A stretch of 64,000 nucleotides of DNA from assembly GCF_006345805.1 (NCBI RefSeq), contig NC_042998.1, forward strand, positions 496,001-560,000, read 5' to 3'. The notes beneath the pieces are model-generated. The model did no database searches, was not told the origin of the DNA, and worked only from the letters and a program-made list of their open reading frames with translations. This DNA is from Octopus sinensis (lineage: Eukaryota). The translations under genes and the position numbers were made by a program. This document shows positions 1 to 12,146 of this stretch, piece after piece. Within the stretch, counting starts at the first letter, position 1. Every line of letters begins with the position of its first letter.

Positions 1-51
1 TATTGCTAAGCAGTATGTCTGTTTCATGCAAATTATTGCATGACTATTACA

Positions 52-290
52 GGTGGTGAGCTGGCAGAAATGGTAGCACGCCAGATGAAATGCTTAGCGG
101 TATTTCATCTACTGTTATGTTCTGAGTTCAAATTCTGCTGAGGTCGACTTTGCCTTTCATTCTTTCAGGGTCGATTAAATAAGTATCAGTTACACACTGG
201 GGTTGATATAATCGACTTAATCCCTTTGTCTGTCCTTGTTTGTCCCCTCTATGTTTAGCCCCTTGTGGGCAATAAGGAAATAAGAAATTA
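52..290 (+). mobile_element. tRNA-derived SINE, family 1 (GGTGGTGAGCTGGCAG head)
   Basis: tRNA-like head with B-box GAGTTCAAATT, then body GGTCGACTTTGCCTTTCAT...GGGGTCGATAAA. The same unit recurs at 10802, 15795, 29700(-), 37135(-), 45060(-) and 46700(-). Confidence 0.8.
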
Positions 291-393
291 TTACATGACC
301 ATAACCAATAACATACATACACACACACACACACACACTGCTTGTTGTTCCCTCACCTGTCTTTGTCCTTTGTTTTCTGTACATTTAAACTCT

Positions 394-437
<44 letters not shown>

Positions 438-827
438 ATATATGATGGGCTTCTTTCAGTTTATGTCTACCAAACCCACTTGCCCAGGGTGTCATGCAGT
501 TGGACAACCAGGAATCATGCAATTGGGAAGCAAATTCCTTACCACACGGCCACTCCTGCACCTCGCTCTTGCTCCCCCCCCTCTCTCTCTCTCTATATAT
601 ATATATATACACCGCAGAACATATATCCTTATTGCTCACATTTCATTGTGTCTCAGAGTCAGAAACCTAATTCTACTTCCTTAGAATCCTACTTCATTGA
701 GATAACTTGAAGAATGATATTAGTTATTTTATAGCATACAAATAAGCAACAACTTCTTCTGTTATAGACACAGGCCAACCAAAGCCTTGTGAGTGGATTT
801 GGTAGACAGAAACTGAAAGAAGCCCAG

Positions 828-1248
828 CATCATCATCACGTCCTCATTCTTTAACTTCTTCCTTTCATGCTGGTACAGGCTGGGCAGTTTGACAGGAGCT
901 GGCAAGTCAGAAGTATATACCAAGCTCTACTGTCTACTTTGGCACAGTTTCTACTTATAGATGCCCTTCCTAATGCCAACCACTTTATAAAGTATATACA
1001 TATATCATCATCGTCATCATCATTTAATGTCCGCTTTCCATGCTAGCATGGGTTGGACGATTTGACTGAGGTCTGGCGAACCAGACTCCAATCTGATCTG
1101 GCAGAGTTTCTACAGCTGGGTGCCCTTCCTAACGCCAACCACTCCGAGAGTGTAGTGGGTGCTTTTACGTGTCACTGGCACGAGGGCCAGCTTGTTGCTC
1201 TGGCAACGATCTCACCCGTATGGTACTCTTAGCGCTCCACTAGCAACG
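828..1248 (-). mobile_element. Two adjacent 3' tail fragments of the RTE LINE family (828-990 older, 1004-1248 younger)
   Basis: Reverse complement of the tail ...GGCGTTAGGAAGGGCATCC...CCCATGCTAGCATGGAAAGCGGAC-(GAT)n, shared with the full element at 23393. Confidence 0.8.
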
Positions 1249-1519
1249 GATGCCATTCACCGAGTTTGTGAGTGTGCGTATTATATAAACAAAAATTAGA
1301 AAATGGAGATGTAGCATTAACATAATTTATTAACATAATTTATTAACATAATTTATTACCTGCAAAAATCCAACATATTCTCCTACACCTGATTTAATTT
1401 AGCCTAAAATATTAAATTACAATAATTAAAGCATTGTATTAGGCAAAATCTCATCAGAGGGGTACAAAAGATATGTCATTTGGTTATTAGGTGTTGTGTT
1501 TTCAAATCATATACGTAAT

Positions 1520-1775
1520 AATAGATAGGTGTGTTTTTGTCCTTGTGTTGACATTGTGTGATAGCTGTAAAATGAGTGTCACCATCATACAAGTGGTGTC
1601 GTTCATATTCAAACTGCCATGAAAACATGTTCAGTCAAGGAGAAATGGAACCTTACTTGGAAACAGCTGAGGGTTGGTAACAGGAAGAGCAACCAGCCAC
1701 AGAAAATCTGCCTCAACAAATTCCATCTGACTTATGCAAAGTATGGAAAGCTGGATGTTAGAACAATGATGAAAC
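1520..1775 (+). mobile_element. SINE family 3, 3' half with RTE-like tail
   Basis: Matches the 3' part of the copies at 12812 and 51205 (GGAAACAG-TGAGGGTTGG...AAAATCTGCCTCAACAAATTCCATCTG). Confidence 0.65.
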
Positions 1776-1870
1776 AAAGTGCAGGGGTCTATAAGATTCT
1801 CACCACCTGAATTTATTTATCTGTTTCTGAAGCCGTCATCTATCATTAATGACCATGGATAAATGTCTTA

Positions 1871-2178
1871 GTTGTTTACTTGTTCCTTCTTGAGCCATGC
1901 CTGGCTCATAAGGGCCGGTTTCCCGGTTTCCTTGGCGTATAGGTTCCCCACCTGGACAGGACCCGGTCCGTCGCAGGTGAGCTGCAAGATGCAGGAGGAA
2001 AGAGTGAGAGAAAGTGGTGGCGAAAGAGTCAGCAGAAGTTCGCCATTACCTTCTGCCGGAGCCGTGTGGAGCTTAGGTTTTTCGCTCATAAACACACATA
2101 TCGCCTGGTCTGAGATTCGAACCCGCAATCCTATGACTGTGAGTCCGCTGCTCTAACCACTAGGCCATGTGCCTCCAC
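1871..2178 (-). mobile_element. tRNA-derived SINE, family 4 (GTGGAGGCACATGGCCTAGTGG head)
   Basis: On the - strand, A-box TGGCCTAGTGG and B-box GGTTCGAATC. Near-identical copies at 8230(-) and 20070(+). Confidence 0.85.
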
Positions 2179-2498
2179 TAATGATAATAATGACTTATAA
2201 CCAGTAACTGTTGGTTACTGTGCTGTGTTAACAGCACAGGCAAGGCCAGAATATCCTCTCCAATGTGTTGTTCAGTTCTGTGTCCCCAGTATAGGGTGTC
2301 TAATAGGATCAAGCTTGGACAGTATCGTATGGTAGACAGATTGTTGTCCTTTCAGCATGGCTCCTTTCTCTGTGTCACAGACTGGTCCAAAAGAATAGTA
2401 GGGCTGATGTAATTTGGCACCAGCATCATCACAAGAATTGCCAGAACAACTCCTCACTTTTCCACAGGGTTTACTCCCAAAGCTTTTCCTATTTAATT

Positions 2499-2905
2499 AC
2501 TCTTTACTCTTTTACTTGTTTCAGTCATTTGACTGTGGCCATGCTGGAGCACCGCCTTTATAGTCGAGCAAATCAACCCCAGAGCTTATTCTTTGAAAGC
2601 CTAGTACTCATTCTATCGGTCTCTTTTGCCGAACCGCTAAGTTACGGGGATGTAAACACACCAGCATCGGTTGTCAAGCAATGTTGGGGGGACAAACACA
2701 ATCACACAAACACACACACTCACATATATACATATATATATACGACGGGCTTCTTCCAGTTTCCATCTACCAAATCCACTCACAAGGCTTTGGTCGGCCC
2801 AAGGCTATAGTAGAAGACACTTGCCCAAGGTGCCACACAGTGGGACTGAACCCGGGACTATATGGTTGGTAAGCAAGCTACTTACCACACAGCCACTCCT
2901 GCGCC
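2499..2905 (-). mobile_element. Full-length tRNA/CORE-like SINE, family 2, with internal TA/CA microsatellite
   Basis: Reverse complement of the copy at 50188-50573. CORE-like motif CACCTTGGGCAAGTGTC and tail (AAAGAGT)n. Resembles the known octopus tRNA-derived SINEs; family assignment not verified. Confidence 0.85.
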
Positions 2906-2929
2906 TATAGTGTATTTAAGAAATTCTTC

Positions 2930-3150
2930 TCTGCTTCTTCTTAAATTAGCTGCAACTGAAATGTATTTCACACAACTGTGCTAGAAATCTCTATTGGCCA
3001 TTAACTTTGGTAGATCACCAATTCCGTGTTGTATGTCTTTGCCAAAAACATCAACGTAGTTGGGTGGTTTTTGTTCTCTGTTCGGGTGCAGGAGTCTCCA
3101 CAATGTAACATCTGATACATGCTGTTGTTCAGCATGAGAAAGCAATTACT
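2930..3150 (-). pseudogene. Decayed RTE-type LINE ORF2 C-terminal fragment (different family)
   Basis: The - frame reads VSDVTLWRLLHPNREQKPPNYVDVFGKDIQHGIGDLPKLMANRDF*, resembling the RTE C-terminus (LLWxP...YVDxLxxD...LMxDRxxW). Confidence 0.45.
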
Positions 3151-3592
3151 GATTAATGAAATTGTAAAATTAGTTAAGTAGAAAAAACAAGTTATAATAA
3201 TTACTTCTTCAATTAGAGAATTAGTAATAATAATAAATGTTAATACTGATGTTGTTTAAGTAAATAATATTCTAATACTATTAAATTGATTGATATTAAA
3301 GTACTTGTTACAGCTGTTTTTAGCCCCAGGTCAGTCCTGATCGAACAGAACAATGATCAAAGGAATTCCAGCCATGACCATACCATCTTTTTTATTTATT
3401 TATTTGGGTAAGGCAACGGTGTGTGGTTAAGAAATTTGCTTCCCAACCACAGGGTTTCAGGTTCAGTCCTACTGTGTGGAATGTTGATCAAGTGTCTTCT
3501 GCTATAGCACCAGACTGATCAAAGCCATATGAATGGATTTGGTAGAAGGAAACTGAAAGAAGCCCAACATGTACACACACACACGCACACAC

Positions 3593-4234
3593 ATATATTG
3601 TATAAAGGGTCGTGGGTAAGGCGAGAACAATGCAAAGTAAGGCAGATCACAAGAAAACAAATATATGAATTAATGTAGACTTACCTTGCATTCAATATTT
3701 TAAGGTTATGATCCCATTTTCAAGAAATTAACGAATGTTATTGGTGTGTGTGTGTGTGAGCATGTGTGGAGTGGGCATGCATGGAAAGGCTGCTACAACA
3801 ACCAGCTGGCTTCATGTAACTTTCTCCTGTTGTTGATATTTGGTTTCCTTTGGTGTATGAGGATGACCTCAGAGATTCTAAGGTTGCCCTGATGTGCACT
3901 GTGAATTGTGGTAAATGCCAGACCCGGGAATTCACAGTGCACATCTGGGCAACACAGCACAATAGGGGCGACCTTAGAATCTCCAAGGCTATCCTTATAC
4001 GCCAAAGAAAATCAAAATATTAACAACAGAAGAGAGTTACAGGGAGCTAGCTGGTTGCTGTAGCAACACCTTTCTGTGCATGTCCACTCCCCACATGCAC
4101 GTTGGCAACATTCACTAATTTCTTGAAATTAACCCTGAAATATTGAATGCAAAGTTAGTTTACATTTCTTGTGATTTGCCTTGCATTTACTTTGCATTGT
4201 TCTGGCCTTACCCACAATCCTTTATACAATATAT
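3593..4234. repeat. About 640-bp imperfect palindrome (fold-back/MITE-like element)
   Basis: Arms 3593-3907 and 3929-4234 are reverse complements (e.g. ATATTGTATAAAGG...GTGCACTGTGAATT / AATTCACAGTGCAC...CCTTTATACAATAT), with a 21-nt loop at 3908-3928. Confidence 0.9.
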
Positions 4235-4290
4235 TCTACACAATGCTTCATAGTAATTACTCCATTATATATATATATATATATATATAT

Positions 4291-4553
4291 ATCACTGTGA
4301 CTGACCAGGCTATCAGATGTTGCTACACATCGCTGGTCACAATGCGCTTCGCATTGTTTTAGCTTTCAAATGATGCCACCCCGCTGGCTAAGTGAGCAGG
4401 CCAACAGAAGAAAGAGTGAGAGAAAGTTGTGAGGAAAGAGTACAGCAGGGATCGTCACCCCCCACCACCCTGCCAGAGCCTCGTGGAGCTTTTTTAGGCG
4501 TTTTCACTCAATAAACACAGGTATGGGAATCGAAACTACAATCCTACAGCCGC
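4291..4553 (-). mobile_element. SINE related to family 4 with a different tail, 5' degenerate
   Basis: Shares GAAAGAGTGAGAGAAAGTTG and GTGGAGCTT...AAACAC with family 4. Confidence 0.6.
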
Positions 4554-4584
4554 GTATATATATACATTATATATATATACATTA

Positions 4585-4616
<32 letters not shown>

Positions 4617-4734
4617 CATACATATATACATACATATATATACATACATACATACATATATACATACATACATACATATATACATACATATATACATACA
4701 TACATATATATACACATACATATATATATATATA

Positions 4735-5129
4735 CTAGCAGTATCGCCCGGCGTTGCTCGAGTTTGTAAGGGAAATAATTATATAAGCATTTTTAGAGAT
4801 GTAAAATATAATAGCCATCTCAATATGGCTAACCATAAAGGGGGAGGGGTGTTACTGTAGCTTTTTACGTTCTGAGATTTAATAATAAATTTTAGAGAGT
4901 TACTTCCCTTATATATGTCAAAAATGGATTAAAAATGGGAAAAATTGATGGTAATTTTTTTTTAAATCGTAGACTCATCGTAGATGCGCGCTAATACCCA
5001 GACGGTCTCGATATGAATCACGACTATAAGATACCCGGGTTTTGGTTAAACTGCACCGCAAAATGTGGGAGTAGTTAGGAATCTAAATAGTAGGAGACAG
5101 ACACACAACCTCACTTTTATATATAAAGA
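4735..5129 (-). mobile_element. Non-autonomous Helitron
   Basis: On the - strand it starts A^TCTTTATATATAAAAG and ends with a GC-rich subterminal segment (CGAGCAACGCCGGGCG) and CTAG^T. There is no TSD, matching the canonical Helitron A^TC...CTAG^T ends. Confidence 0.8.
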
Positions 5130-5289
5130 TTTCCTCTATTTACATAATATTGAGGTCTCTTTCTTTCTTTTGTTATCTTACTGTTTTTACCAATATACAT
5201 ATATATATATATAAATATATATATAGTTACAGAGATGTACTTGCATAGCAAGTGACTTGATCTGAGATCGTGTGCTGGAACAAAAACAG

Positions 5290-5545
5290 TTGCAGCGTTG
5301 AAGGTGTTTATAAGCCATTTAAGAAACACACAAAAACCGTTAGATTCACTTCAACATTAAATTTAATTTGCCAAAATATTTTCGTCGCTTTGAGACCGCG
5401 ACCTGTTAGCACGATATTTTTGTCAGTGAACAGGTCGCGGTCTCAAAGCGACGAAAATATTTTGGCAAATTAAATTTAATGTGGAAGTGAAGTAACAGGT
5501 TTTTGTGGTTTCTTAAATGGCTTACAAACACCTTCCACGCTGCAA
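5290..5545. repeat. 256-bp palindrome, possibly a Penelope-like inverted terminal repeat
   Basis: Arms 5290-5407 and 5429-5545 are reverse complements, the inner ~60 bp near-perfect; loop 5408-5428. Confidence 0.85.
5419..5469 (+). ncRNA. Candidate minimal type I hammerhead ribozyme, variant core (G3-C8)
   Basis: Stem I TTTGTCA/TGGCAAA; core GTGAACA plus an extra G; stem II GTCGC/GCGAC; GAAA; palindromic stem III AATATT; H17=U. Topology only; activity not shown. Confidence 0.45.
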
Positions 5546-5563
5546 TATATATATATACACACA

Positions 5564-5594
<31 letters not shown>

Positions 5595-6101
5595 GTGTAT
5601 ATGTGTATGCATGTATGTGTGTGTGTGTGTGCGTGTCTGTGCTTGTGATTGTCCTCCACCACTGCTTGACAACGAATGTTGGTTTGTTTACATCCCTGTC
5701 ACCTAGTGGTTTGACAAAGGAAACAGATAGAATAAGTACAATGCTTACAAAAATAAAACTGGAGTTGATTCATTAAACTACAATTCTTCAAGGCATTGCT
5801 CCAGCATGGCCACAGAGCAATGGCTGGAAAAGCAGAAGAATAAAAGAATTGAGGGGGACCTCTACATGGTAGCTAGACCTGGTAGAAATAGCAGCAAAAT
5901 TTCCCCCAAATCACACCTTACTGTCTTATCTATGTATATATGTATGTATGAGCCTATGAGGGAGACCCCTACATGGCAGCTAGACATGGTAGAAATAGCA
6001 GCCAAATCTCCCTCAAATCACACCTTACTGTCTTATCTTTCTGCTACTTGGATATAGGTGTTACATTCGTCTAAAAAAACTTTCCTGTCACACACTCACG
6101 C

Positions 6102-6145
<44 letters not shown>

Positions 6146-6394
6146 CGTCACACACACACACACGCGCACACACACACACACACACGCACGTTAGCTTACA
6201 ATTTTATTTATATATTTGCGTGTGTATGTGTGGAAAGAGGAAGTGGGAGGCAGAGTGAAAGAATCACTCACCACAGTAAGTGAATTAGTTTCATTTTATT
6301 CGTTGCCCACTGTGTGTGTGCGTTTGCGTGTGGTGTAAACCAGACTAAGAAAGCATTTGACACAACACCAGAATGTGAGTTTTCTGTAAATTTT

Positions 6395-6550
6395 GCTTAA
6401 TTGGAGTTTAAATTTTAAAACTGGACCTGGCATAACGCGATGCATTGTACTCTTAAAATGCCAGGTAAATTGTAATTGAAGAAATCCTATATTGTAGATT
6501 TGTATAACTCCCAAAGGAGGCAGATAAAATCTGCCTTTTATAATAAGAGA
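6395..6550 (-). mobile_element. Helitron-like 5' end fragment
   Basis: The - strand begins A^TCTCTTATTATAAAAGG, the same style as the 4735-5129 element. Confidence 0.45.
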
Positions 6551-7419
6551 TATATATATACACATACATATATATAAATATATACATACATACATGGCTG
6601 TTTTACCCACTAGACTGTATGGTCACAGTCTAATGGGTAAAACAAGCAAAAGATAATAGAATATTATGCATATATGTGTGACTGTGGCTCTTTGTCTTGA
6701 CAGTGTGTAGTGGCTATAAACAAGAATCATTATTGTGCAGGCAACCTATTGTTTGTTTCCAATTTTCTGTGAAAACATATTTAAACCATTGGGAAATACG
6801 ACCTTCCTTGGAAACAGGGATGCTGACAGAAAATAGATGCAGTTACAGAAAATCTGTCTCAATGAATTCCATTTCACCTAAGCAAGCACAGAAAAGTGGA
6901 TGTTACAATGATAATGGCAATGATGATGATGTATCTTAGAATCCATTATTCAATGTGTTCTTCTTTTTGCGATTTGCAGGAAATTTGACTGTTATTTCAC
7001 AGCAGGTCAAGTGACCACAAAGAAGCTCCTTTGATGGCTTAACTGAATCCTACCAGTAATTTATGATGGTCAGCATTGTAGATTAAACACCTACAGTCAG
7101 ATTTAATTTTATACCTATGATGAGGATTAATTTCTTATCCAATTAATTTGGGAGATAGGGGTTGATGTCACCATCATCATCTTTTAATGTCTGTCTTTCA
7201 TGCTGGTAGGGATTTTACAGTTTGAGAGGATTAAAAGGGTCTGAGGATCCACTGTCTACTTAAGCATAGTTTTTGTAGCTGAATGCCTTTCTTAATGCTA
7301 ACCACTTTACAGAGTATATTGGGTACTTTTTTACATAGTCCCCAACATTAGTGAGGTCATCTTGCAGCTCCAAAGACTAAGATCATTCCCTTCAGCTAAT
7401 TAGGGCTACAGCACTATAA

Positions 7420-7592
7420 GTAGTGGTGGTGTTGGTGTAGTAGTAGTAGTAGTAGTAGTGGTAGTAGTAGTAGTAGTTGTAATAATAGTAGTATTGTGTT
7501 AGTAGTAGTGATGGTGGTAGTAGTAGTAGTAGTGTTGTTCATGGTGGTAGTAGTAGTGTTGGTGGTGGTGGTGGTGGTGGTGGTAGTAGTAG
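7420..7592. repeat. (TAG)n/(TGG)n compound trinucleotide microsatellite
   Basis: Direct reading of the sequence. Confidence 0.95.
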
Positions 7593-7670
7593 AGTAACAT
7601 TCCTTTACATCCTGAGTTCCAGAGTTGCTCAAGTTGATTTTTGCCTTTTATCTTTCAGAAGTTGATATTA

Positions 7671-7955
7671 TCTCTCTATATATAAATGGCAAAATTTCTG
7701 TCTGTGTGTGCGTGTCCTTTATACAAATCCACAATTTTTCAGTTAGAGGGCTCACACTTTCTATGGTCATTCAAAACCGTCCAAGAGTGGTGGTGCACAT
7801 CTTTACATTTCCCCAGTCAATCCGCAAAGCCATTAAAAAATCAATAGAAGTGACTTTTTTGTGAATTTTCTATCCAAGACCCAATTAAAATGCCCGAAAC
7901 TTGATACACCAATTGAATGCCAGCTACCTGTATGTGATTGGTCGGAGATTTAGAC
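7671..7955 (+). mobile_element. Helitron-like 5' end fragment
   Basis: A^TCTCTCTATATATAAATGGC followed by TCTGTCTGTGTGTG, a typical non-autonomous Helitron 5' region. No 3' CTAG end identified. Confidence 0.5.
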
Positions 7956-8229
7956 AGTACTCACGTGTATGTGTGCATGCATGCACTAGCTGAATATATT
8001 TCCTTTTGAAAAATCTTGAAGCTAATGCCACAACATGGCCATAATCCAAGAAATAAAGTCAATTTAAAGTAGGAAGGTAAAAATAACCTCAAAAAGAATA
8101 CTTTGTTATAGAACTACTCAAATATCTCATTCTCTTAGTTTAATTTCCAATAGAACATAGGTGGGCTGTTTAGCCGGTTATCTTACTTGGGTTAACAATG
8201 CATATATCACTACACCATTGATATATTTA

Positions 8230-8530
8230 TTCGTTCCTTCTCGAGCCACGCCTGGCTCATAAGGGCCAGTTTCCCGGTTTCCTTGGCGTATAGGTTCCCC
8301 ACCTGGACGGGACGCCTGTCTGTCACAGGTGAGCTCCAAGATGCAGGAGGAAAGAGTGAGAGAAAGTTGTGGTGAAAGAGTCAGCAGAAGTTTGCCATTA
8401 CCTTCTGCTGGAGCCGCATGGAGCTTGGATGTTTCACTCATAAACACACACATCACTCAGTCTGAGATTCGAACCCGCGATCCTTCGACTGCGAATCTGC
8501 TGCTCTAACCACTAGGCCATGTGCCTCCAC
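8230..8530 (-). mobile_element. SINE family 4 with 13-bp TSD
   Basis: TSD ATTGATATATTTA at 8217-8229 and 8531-8543; A and B boxes on the - strand. Confidence 0.9.
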
Positions 8531-8649
8531 ATTGATATATTTAAGGGTTTAATCTATAATACATTCCTTAGAAAAGCAAAAGCATAGGGAAAGAATTAGC
8601 TCAGTGGGTGTGTAATCAGTTAAGACCCTTACTATCTTTAACTATTGCC

Positions 8650-9022
8650 TTTTATCTGTTTCAGTCATTAGGCTGTGGTCATACTGGGGCACTATTTTGG
8701 AGAACTTTTAGTTGAATGAATTGACCCCAGTACTTTTTTTTATAAAAGCCTGGTACTTATTCTATTGGACTCTTTTTCTCAAACCATTAAGTTATGGGGA
8801 TGTAAACAAATGAACACCATTTGTCAAGCGGTTGTGGTGGAGGACAAACACACACACACATGTACAATGGGCTTCTTTCAGTTTCCTTCTACCAAATCCA
8901 CTCACAAGGCTTTGGTTGGCTCAAGGCTATTGTAGAAGACACTTGCCTAAGGTGCCACAGAGTGGGACTGGAACCATGTGGCTGGGAAGCAAGCTTTTTA
9001 CCATGGGGCCACGCCTGCCCCT
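8650..9022 (-). mobile_element. SINE family 2, diverged copy
   Basis: Colinear with 2499-2905. Confidence 0.75.
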
Positions 9023-9555
9023 ATAACACTATGTCGTCATAAATATTATAGAATGGAAATAATATGAATGATAAAACCTGGAGCATTTTGTTTCAATAAT
9101 TTATAGGTGATCAATACTCTAAGTAATGATTGCTTATCTAGTGTAGAAAAATATTTACTTAGTATTATTCCCCATCTTTGCCACCCACAACTCAACATAC
9201 TTGTACTTTTGATTCCTAGTTCTCTCTTTCTCTCTCCACACACACATACATACTCACACATGCTGTAAATTATTTAAGGCTAATACTACTAAGTGGCATT
9301 ATCTGCCTTTAGTCTATATAACAGGAAAATGTACTGAAAATAATGTAATATTTTTGAATGAGGTTACAAATAGTAAAAACACACACACACACATTCACAC
9401 ACACACACACACACATAGATATACATGCAGGCATAGCAAGAGAGTTGTGAACAGAGAAGGGGGTCCTGGCTGGTTTTGGGAAATGGGGAGGAGTTACAAA
9501 GAAATCATAGAAGTTGCAGGCAAACTTAAAGAGGGATAAGAGTGGATTAGGGAAT

Positions 9556-9802
9556 GCGCCCTTTTTAAAGCCTAGCCAGGCTCATGGGCCCGTTTTCCCG
9601 GTTTCTGTGGCATATGTGTTCCCCAGCTGGACGGAATGCCAGTCCATTGCAGCATTACTCATTTTTACCAGCTGAGTGGACTGGAGCAAAGTGAAATGAA
9701 GTGTTTTGCTCAAGAACACAATGCGTCACCCGGTCCAAGAATCGAAACCACAATCTTACGATCATGGTGCTGACACCCTAACCCCTAAGCCACGTGTCTC
9801 CA
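9556..9802 (-). mobile_element. tRNA-derived SINE, family 5, with 13-bp TSD
   Basis: TSD TGGATTAGGGAAT at 9543-9555 and 9803-9815; near-identical to 31697-31953. Confidence 0.9.
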
Positions 9803-9829
9803 TGGATTAGGGAATAGGAGTTGAGAAAA

Positions 9830-10210
9830 GGAAAGATTAGATTGGTGGAGAAGAAGGCTTGTAGGATAGTGTGCTGGAAAAGGGAGTAGGGTGGCATGGG
9901 TGGATTGTCGGTGAGGGAGATGGAAAGGCTGTTGGAACTGGAATGGACATAGGATGAAAAGAGAGAGGTGCAGTTGATTTGATGGAGATGGATGAGGACA
10001 ACTTGGATTGGAGTGAGAGGGTGAGTAACCTGACGAATAAAGAGCTGCCCCATTTGTTGAGACTGGGCTTCAAAGTCGTGATTATATTTTGCAGAGTGGT
10101 CATGGGAGGATTTGAAAGTAGATGGCATGTTTGGTAAGGAGCTGTGTAAGAGGTTGTAGGGTGGAAGTTGGTATGTTTATAAGAAATAAGAGTAGCAAGA
10201 AAGTTATGCA
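9830..10210 (-). pseudogene. Decayed Penelope-like element RT C-terminal remnant
   Basis: The - frame reads YNHDFEAQSQQMGQLFIRQ, resembling the PLE motif CSxxxDFxxxxxxMxxxFxxRGY; frameshifted. Confidence 0.4.
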
Positions 10211-10239
10211 CTTTTCAAAAAGTTATATATTGTATTTTG

Positions 10240-10640
10240 GAGCCTGGTGCAGCCTAGTGGCTTGCCAGGCCTCAGTCAAACCATCCAACCCATGCCAGCA
10301 TGGAAAACGGATGTTAAATGATGATGATGATGATGATGATGATATTAGAAGCAATGAAAATGCAACAGCTGAAAAGTCTATAACAATTATATTTCATCTC
10401 AAAAGCAATAATTTACAAAACTTGGAAAACTGACAAAAATATTAATTAATAGCACTGCTAACACAAGCGGGCACAGTATTGACTTATAAGCTCTTAATCA
10501 TCATCAATGTTTAACATCTGTCCTCCATGCATGCATGAGTAGGATGATTGGCCAGGTAGAAGACTACCCCCAGGCTATTGTGCTTTCTTTGGCAGGATTT
10601 TTACAGCTGGATGCCCTTCCTGACACCAATCACTCTGTAG
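10240..10640. mobile_element. Two RTE tail fragments in opposite orientation (10240-10345 +, 10500-10640 -)
   Basis: CCAACCCATGCCAGCATGGAAAACGGATGTTAAAT(GAT)n and its reverse complement. Confidence 0.7.
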
Positions 10641-10801
10641 AGTGGACTCAATGCTTTTTACTTTTAATATACTTGGTAATATATTATGGTTGCATGATGA
10701 AATGCAGTGTCCCTACTAGCAATTAATATGTACATACCAGTTGCCAAGAATGTATTTATATGTAAAATTGGTACATCCAATCATGTTACACTGCTATATA
10801 A

Positions 10802-11031
10802 GGTGGCGAGCTGGCAGAAACGTTAGCGCGCCGGGTAAAATGCTTAGCGGTATTTTGTCTGTCATTACATTTTGAGTTCAAATTCCGCCAAGGTCAACTT
10901 TGCCTTTCATCCTTTCGGGGTTGATAAATAAAGTACCAGTTTTGCACTGGGGTCAATGTAATCGACTTAATCCCTTTGTCTGTCCTTGTTTGTCCCCTCT
11001 ATATTTAGCCCCTTGTGGGCAGTAAAGAAAT
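10802..11031 (+). mobile_element. SINE family 1
   Basis: Colinear with 52-290. Confidence 0.85.
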
Positions 11032-11959
11032 ATATATATTTGGTGGCTATTTAAGCACTGTGTTCATGGATGGTTAATTGGTTTGTTGTGGTACTGAAGA
11101 AGGAGTCACAACTCTTGAAATATGCAAATACACCTATTGACTATTCCTCTATCTTTGATCGCATTGATCACAAAAATGTATTTGTACACAAAACATTGTA
11201 ACAAATTAGTGCTGGCTTTAACTTGTATAGAATATCCGTAGAGAAAACTTTAAAAAGTGAAAAACATTAATGTAACAAAGGAATATGTGTTGTACAAATA
11301 AAACATGATATTGACATCATAAGAATTTTGAAACTTCAAGAACGAGAAATAATTCTGTTATGGAACAGTGAATCTCAAATAAAATAAAGCTATGAACAAT
11401 AACATGTAAATATCAGGTTAAAATCTCTTTGGACAGAAGTAAAAGGTTTTTACAAAGTATTGTTTATAGCTTTTTTGCTTCGAGATTCATTGTTCCTAAA
11501 ATATTATAATTTACAATATTTGCTCATTTCAAGAAAGACATTTTCTAAATTTTGGAACTGTTGAAATTCTAGGAATTTGTTGATGAAAATATGTTTAGTA
11601 TATGCTGAATATGTTTTGGGGCTTATTCAAACTGCTAGAATATTTTTGCATCTTGGTACCATAGTCTCAGTTTGACCAAACCCTTATGAGAGGAATTTGA
11701 AAGACAAAATCTGTGTAGAAGCTCATTGAATATAACAATATACGTATGTATGAGTGAGTGTATGTGGGTGTCTGTGTCCTCTGCCAAAGTATTTCAGAAA
11801 GGATTTAGATAATAGCAAGAAAGTTTTAAAGAATATTTGTTCAGCACTGAGCTAAAGACACTCCCTTGTCACTGATGCCCTCAGAAATGTAATGAACCAG
11901 TAGATAACATGCTGCAAGTGTGTAACAAATAGCATGATTTTTTTATTATCCAAGGGAAA

Positions 11960-12146
11960 GGCAAAAGGGGCCAATCCAGCTTGGCACCAGTGATGTTGCA
12001 ACACATTTCTACAGCTGAGTGAACTGGAGCAGCGTGAAATAAAGTGTCTTGCTCAAGAACACAGCACAGGGCCCAGTCCGGGAATCAAACACACTACCTC
12101 ATGATTGTGAGTCTGACACTCTAACCACTGAGCTATGCGCTTTCAC
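11960..12146 (-). mobile_element. SINE family 5-related fragment
   Basis: CAGCTGAGTGAACTGGAGCA...CTTGCTCAAGAACAC...CTCTAACCACTGAGC motif set. Confidence 0.7.
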
